From assembly GCF_000002075.1 (NCBI RefSeq), contig NW_004797331.1, positions 1,504,770 through 1,568,769 of the forward strand: a DNA stretch of 64,000 nucleotides, written 5' to 3'. The position numbers and the translations under genes were made by a program. Shown piece by piece: positions 59,201 through 64,000 of this stretch. The notes below the pieces were generated by a model. It ran no database searches, was not told where the DNA came from, and saw only the letters and a program-made list of their open reading frames with translations. Position 1 is the stretch's first letter. Each line of letters begins with the position of its first letter. This DNA comes from Aplysia californica. Taxonomy: Eukaryota.

Positions 59201-61549
59201 AAAGAATGCCCATCAAAGGTCAGCGCGGCACTAGCTACCTGAGTTCTCAACTAAAGTATCCTGTTTCTGTGCGCCGTGAGTGGAGTCCGCTTAAACTAAA
59301 CAACACTGCTAATCTGAAAAAACGGTAAATCTAAAGAAAATACAATCCCAGATTTAAAAAAAAAATTTCCTTGTAAGAAACCTATTGATAAACTGAAATG
59401 CTCACATCTCTAAACAGAAATTAATTTTGAGGGTTATAATGTTGTTTAATTCTTCACTAGCAACTCTCAAGTAATGCAAATCATCAAGTCTTATGTGTTT
59501 CAAAATAGAGAAACAGAAGAGAAGAAAAAAAGTCCTGAACACATGTGTATCAATTGCAGACAAGAGAGAAGCATTGCCAATGTTATAACAGATCAATGGG
59601 CATGTAACCCACTTCGTCTGTTGCGTGACCTTTGGTTGGCCATGGCTTATTGTCTATGCGAAACTAGTACACAGAAGCCTTTCACTACATAAGCATGTGA
59701 CGACGGATGGTGTATAATGACGTCCCTGTCATCAGGCTTTCTTTTTCACATCTCTATTTATTCTTGCATCTGTTTTGTGTGACTGTTTGGCAGATTAAGC
59801 AAGTTGACAATGTCGAAGAGAAAGGGCAATGCTTTCTGCCTACAGCTCAATTAACAGTTACTTAAATTCAAAGAGTTAGATGAAAAAAACAACTTTCAAA
59901 AAATGAAATTTGCTGCAAGCATGGCATTCCCAACTCTATGCTGTCAAGAATCATCACTGTATTAACCATTTAGCTCCTAAATGGGGGCTTTCTTGTACAG
60001 TGGGTGTTGCATTCAACGAGAAGTCGGCTCCAACGAGGCAATACTAAATCCCAGATTTTTCCTCTATGTCTCTTTGTTGTATGTTAGCTCCAACGAGGTT
60101 GTAAATAGACCGAAGTCACCACCAAAGCGATAACCAAATAAAAGGAATTAACGGCTCCAAAAGCGAAGAATTCTTCTCCTTTCTCTCCATCTCACACAAA
60201 GCACAAGGCCCATCTTCCATTCCTAATGCGTTGTATTGCTAGATCTAGTGTGCCTCCTAGTACTATATATGGGCCCCAAAGCCAAGAGGATGGGTGAAGG
60301 TTGGCCTACGGTAGGTATGGGAGGGGGTGGGTGGGAACGCGACGCGGGCTGTGTGAAACTGGATGAACTCTGGATGGGTAGGTCTAGATCTAGGTCGATA
60401 CCTTCATTTTTTTCAATTTTCTTTTCTTCCCCTGATCAGAAAATCCAAGGTCCCGCTTATGTAGATCGTATCTAGGCCTAGATGTGAGAGGGTGTTTCCA
60501 CAAGAGAAGTGTTTTTCGAAAAAAACCTATAAAAATACAGAAATGACGGTGAGAACACAGCTCAAACACGCGTACACTGATGCTGTTTGAGATTTTCACC
60601 CTCCAGGGGAACAGCTGTTTTTAATTAGTGGTATGGGTACATCGTGTAATATATAATAACTAGTCTCCCCTTTTTCTTTTCTTTAGCCTTAGTCATGTTC
60701 AACGAAAGGTCGGACCGAACGAGGACAACAAACTGGTCCCGGCAACCTCATTGAATGTGACTCCCACTGTACCATATTACTCAAACTTTCAAAGTATCGA
60801 CAACGTATTGTTTTTTATGTATTTCAGTGGAAGTCCCATCTGCTTCAATGCTGTTCTGTAACAGTTCCCTAGCAGTGACGATGGACAAGTTCACACTGGC
60901 TGCACCGAGTGAACAGCAGGCCACTGTTGACCTCCACCACATTTGTTCATCAGAAAAAAGTCGCCCCTTGTCCGTTTCTTACCACCATTTCCTTCGACCC
61001 GACAGCGAAACGGAGTATGGCATGTGCATGAAGATGCAGTTTTGTCCTGCTGAAGTTGAAGAAGGTGTTTCCAAGTGTCCCCTGCGGCTACTGGTGGGCT
61101 ATGAGAGCGGACAAATAGTTCTGTGGGATGCAGACCAGGCGGTACAACTGAGTCTGCTCCAAGTGTTTGAGGAGCCAGTAATGTGTCTGACTGTGTGGTG
61201 CGCCACTGTCAACAGCCGGCGTGTCGCCCGGGGATGTTGTGGCTCCACTTCCACTGAACTGAAATCGTTTTGTGTTGGGGTGGACACAATAACCACAGAC
61301 AAATCTGTATCAGTCACCAATGCAGGTTTTTCAGATGTCTGCTGTCGAGAGGATGCAAAGATTTTTGCCACTGGTGGGTGGGATAATGCAGGTCGTGTGT
61401 TCAGTGCAAAAACGCTTCGTCCCTTGGTGGTGTTGACCTACCACCAGAAAGGTATTGGTGCTGTGACCTTTTCTCAAAACAACAACCTAGCCTTGGGCTG
61501 CAGAGGAGGCTACATTACAATTTGGGATGTTTATAAAAACACTGGGTGA
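56110..61549 (+). CDS. GNB1L: GNB1L-like WD40-repeat protein (Asa1 family), 3 coding exons, ~348 aa
   Basis: Exons 56110-56259, 57229-57403, 60828-61549 (1047 nt, in phase). Perfect Kozak GCCGCCATG. Motifs PPPDPV, LFSG, LFSQGRDG, YGMCM, LLVGYESGQIVLWD, EEPVM, TNAGFSDV, DAKIFATGGWD, TLRPLVVLTYH, ITIWDVY match GNB1L architecture. Confidence 0.92.
57229..57403 (+). CDS. GNB1L: GNB1L coding exon 2
   Basis: IIEWSLVRNR...AHGGTVLWM...LFSQGRDGTIKVW; g|gtatgg. Confidence 0.9.
57591..59278 (+). mobile_element. Chapaev/N-RAG-TP-like (CMC group) internally deleted transposon with decayed RAG1-N-like zinc-finger ORF (58134-58487)
   Basis: CACGGCGCAC ... GTGCGCCGTG termini; 4-bp TSD AGTG; ORF H-x4-LxxL(F)RV(Y)G...C...FGWNIKDD..KHSKFMCLKCY. 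Confidence 0.8.
59998..60769. mobile_element. Tc1/mariner-pogo-like MITE in GNB1L intron 2
   Basis: TA|CAGTGGG..GCATTCAACGAG ... CTCATTGAATGTGACTCCCACTG|TA. Confidence 0.75.
60828..61549 (+). CDS. GNB1L: GNB1L coding exon 3
   Basis: 240-codon ORF after atttcag acceptor with multiple WD40 blades, stop TGA 61547-61549. Confidence 0.93.
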
Positions 61550-61876
61550 TGTTGATATTTCTGTTACTGAATGAATTACTACCTTTTGTCAGCTTTGAAT
61601 TAAAAAGTTAAAGTACTAAAAGTGCTGCTCACAGGATCAGGCACACTATTAGTAGTACTAGATTTATGCCTTCCTTGCAAAACCAGTGTCTTTCAGATGA
61701 AAATAAATGTACCTGGAGAGTCCCATTTGATTCATATCTTTGTTGTTACACATTTCTTTAGGAGTCACTTTCTGAACTTTCTCCTTGAATTATTCAACTT
61801 TAAGTGTGGTGTCACTAATTTACATTTCAACCATGTTACTCATCACTTCATGCTATGCATTTATTTACTTTATAGT

Positions 61877-62055
61877 GTGGGTGGTTCGCGAGTGCTCTGG
61901 TACCGTTTGCTCCTTCATTCATATTAAACATCTATCTTCCTTCTCTCCTCCTTTTTTGTGTATGTTACTCTCTTGCAACACCTCTAATCTTCAACACTAA
62001 TGACCTAATTGTGTTTCAAGTGCCGTGTAATTTGTAAAACTCCTACCAAAACTAT
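61877..62055 (+). mobile_element. Copy of ~175-bp SINE/LINE-tail repeat
   Basis: Colinear with 13925-14100. Confidence 0.75.
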
Positions 62056-63659
62056 TTTAAAGTAAAAACCACATGGCTCCACCTTGTAAATAAGCAAGTT
62101 TCCATATACTAAATGATTTAGTGTACAAACCTAGCTAAACTTTGATGGTGTCATGTTCCAGTCTTCTTAAAATGGAGCAAATAGGTCAACTCATTTTTTG
62201 TTCTAAAACCATTGCTGGGTTGAACTGTGTGGTCCTCTAAAAAATCAGGAGTCAGCACGCACTATAAAAGTACTGTTGTGTACTGTACATGTAATAACTG
62301 TTGCAGTGTCTACTCCTATCATTTAAATCAATGGGGGTTTTTTTTGCCAGCTGAACAATAACTTTTCAAGAAACCTGTTGCATATAGAGCTAAAATACAT
62401 CCATTTCTGTTTTCATGCTTAATATAGCATAAGGGGCCAAAGATGAATCATGTCTAAAGGAGCTAGATCAGGACTATGTGTGAAGGATGCTGCATTACCC
62501 TCCAGCGGTAGACTCAGTATTCAGTTAGATTAGTTGTGTGAGGAGTAGCTTTGCACTTTAGTACCCTTCGAGCCAACAATCCATGATACCCGAGATAATC
62601 TTAATTCCTAAGACAATTTCATGAATGATTTGTCCAAGAAGGTTACGAGTCATTGCAACCTTCCTAACTTCGCATTAAAATTTGAGGGAAGCACTTCACC
62701 AGGCTTGTTCTCCAGATTCATCTGCTTGCATTTAAACAAACTGCACTTGTGAAATATCCGAGACTAAAAGTCCAGATACTCCAATTAACCAAAACCAGCT
62801 CGATTTATGCCTGATGAAATTACAAGAAATCCAATGACCTTGCAATGCCAACAACACAAAAAATCAACTAAGAAAGTGGCCCAAGGCTTGAATTTCAGCA
62901 TTTTACTTTCTCCATCTGAGCATGGGCTACCCCAACTTTGGCCTGCTGAAATTCAAGTTGTGTTCTCTCTTCTGTAAAGCTTCATTTTGGTATGAGTAAA
63001 TGGTATACTTGTACCCTCTATGAGCAATACATTTTTTACTGTCTTTCTCATTTCGCCATTAGTGGCCAATCTCATTTTTGCTACTTTTGAGATAAATGGA
63101 AAAAAACTTCAAGAATATTTATGTTCTAATAATGTTAAAACTTGCCATGCCATGCATAAAATGGTATGTTTCTTTTGAGACTGCCAGCACGTTTTTGTTT
63201 CTGTTTGACCAAAACATAGATAGCCCTAGTACCACCAAACAAAGTAAAAGGCTAGTTGCATTTTGGCACAACTGAGTTATGTCATTTTTCGGGCTTGGAA
63301 TGTAGGATGAGCAAGGGGCTGTTCAAATATAATCTGGCACCTGGAGCGGGGGGTCTTTGGCTCCTGTAAGAAAAGTGTAAGAAAGGGGGGGGGGGGTCTT
63401 GAACCAATGTAATATTACACTTTTGTGAGGTGAAAAAATAAGGTAAAAAAGGGTGGCCTTGGTCAGGAAAGGCTGCATGGTGTGCTGAGGCCACAAGGAA
63501 TGTGGAAAATATCTGCTGAGAAGTCTTCCAAAAATAGGTCCTGTTCCGACTTCCTGCTCTGTCTCCTCTTCCTCCACCTCCATTTCTTCCTGTGCCTCTT
63601 CAATGCTGCAATACTAGGAAAATATATCCTTTTTTAAAAAAGTTTGGCCACATCCTGAT

Positions 63660-64000
63660 TGAAATTTGACCAGAAGACTTTCCGATCGGGGAGAATCACA
63701 AACTCAGAATTCCTTCCGTCTATGCCTGTTGTTTGCCAGGCAAAGACGGAAATATTGGGTATAGCGGGCCCACATACGTGGCTATTCGCAGCGCCAAGCA
63801 CAACAAAAGTTCTGCTGAAAGTCACATGGCTGACTTTCAGCAGATCTTGACAGAGGATTGTTTTAAAGAGCATTCCACCAATGGTGACGCAGTAAAGCAT
63901 CTGGTGTTTCTCTCTGTTGATGGTGGCCTTGATGAAGCCCCCAAAAACACCAGAACTCTCTTAATGTGGGCAGCTACCTTCAAACAACTTAACTTGGATG
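63660..64000 (+). mobile_element. Degenerate DDE transposase fragment, probably Zator superfamily; runs off window
   Basis: Frame from 63661: EI*PEDFPIGENHKLRIPSVYAC...GYSGPTYVAIRSAKH...VKHLVFLSVDGGLDEAPKN...QLNLD; recognised motifs HKLIPSVYA, YSGPTYIAIRS, VDGGPDENP; internal stop. Confidence 0.65.

Overview
Eukaryotic (invertebrate animal, most likely a gastropod mollusc) intron-rich genomic DNA with three spliced protein-coding genes, each reconstructed exon by exon with GT-AG junctions and consistent phases. (1) IMPDH, + strand, 15 coding exons 9747-29049, 514 aa. (2) NRF1/ewg/P3A2-family transcription factor, - strand, 9 coding exons 51943-43469, ~474 aa. (3) GNB1L-like WD40 protein, + strand, 3 coding exons 56110-61549, ~348 aa, head-to-head with NRF1. 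Introns and intergenic DNA are full of non-autonomous DNA transposons (MULE-, Merlin-, piggyBac-, Tc1/pogo-, hAT-like, several with visible TSDs), SINE/LINE fragments and a Zator-like transposase remnant at the right edge; there is an assembly gap at 29698-30121. Most notable: (a) IMPDH appears to carry alternative C-termini, namely a candidate alternative last exon at 25903-26038 and an upstream acceptor giving SYDHRITL followed by a leaky UGA-CUA stop in frame with a further 141 open codons; (b) a 1.7-kb CAC-terminated element in a GNB1L intron encodes a decayed RAG1-N-terminus-like (Chapa) zinc-finger and has asymmetric bipartite, RSS-like ends. All family assignments are from recognition of motifs, not database searches.
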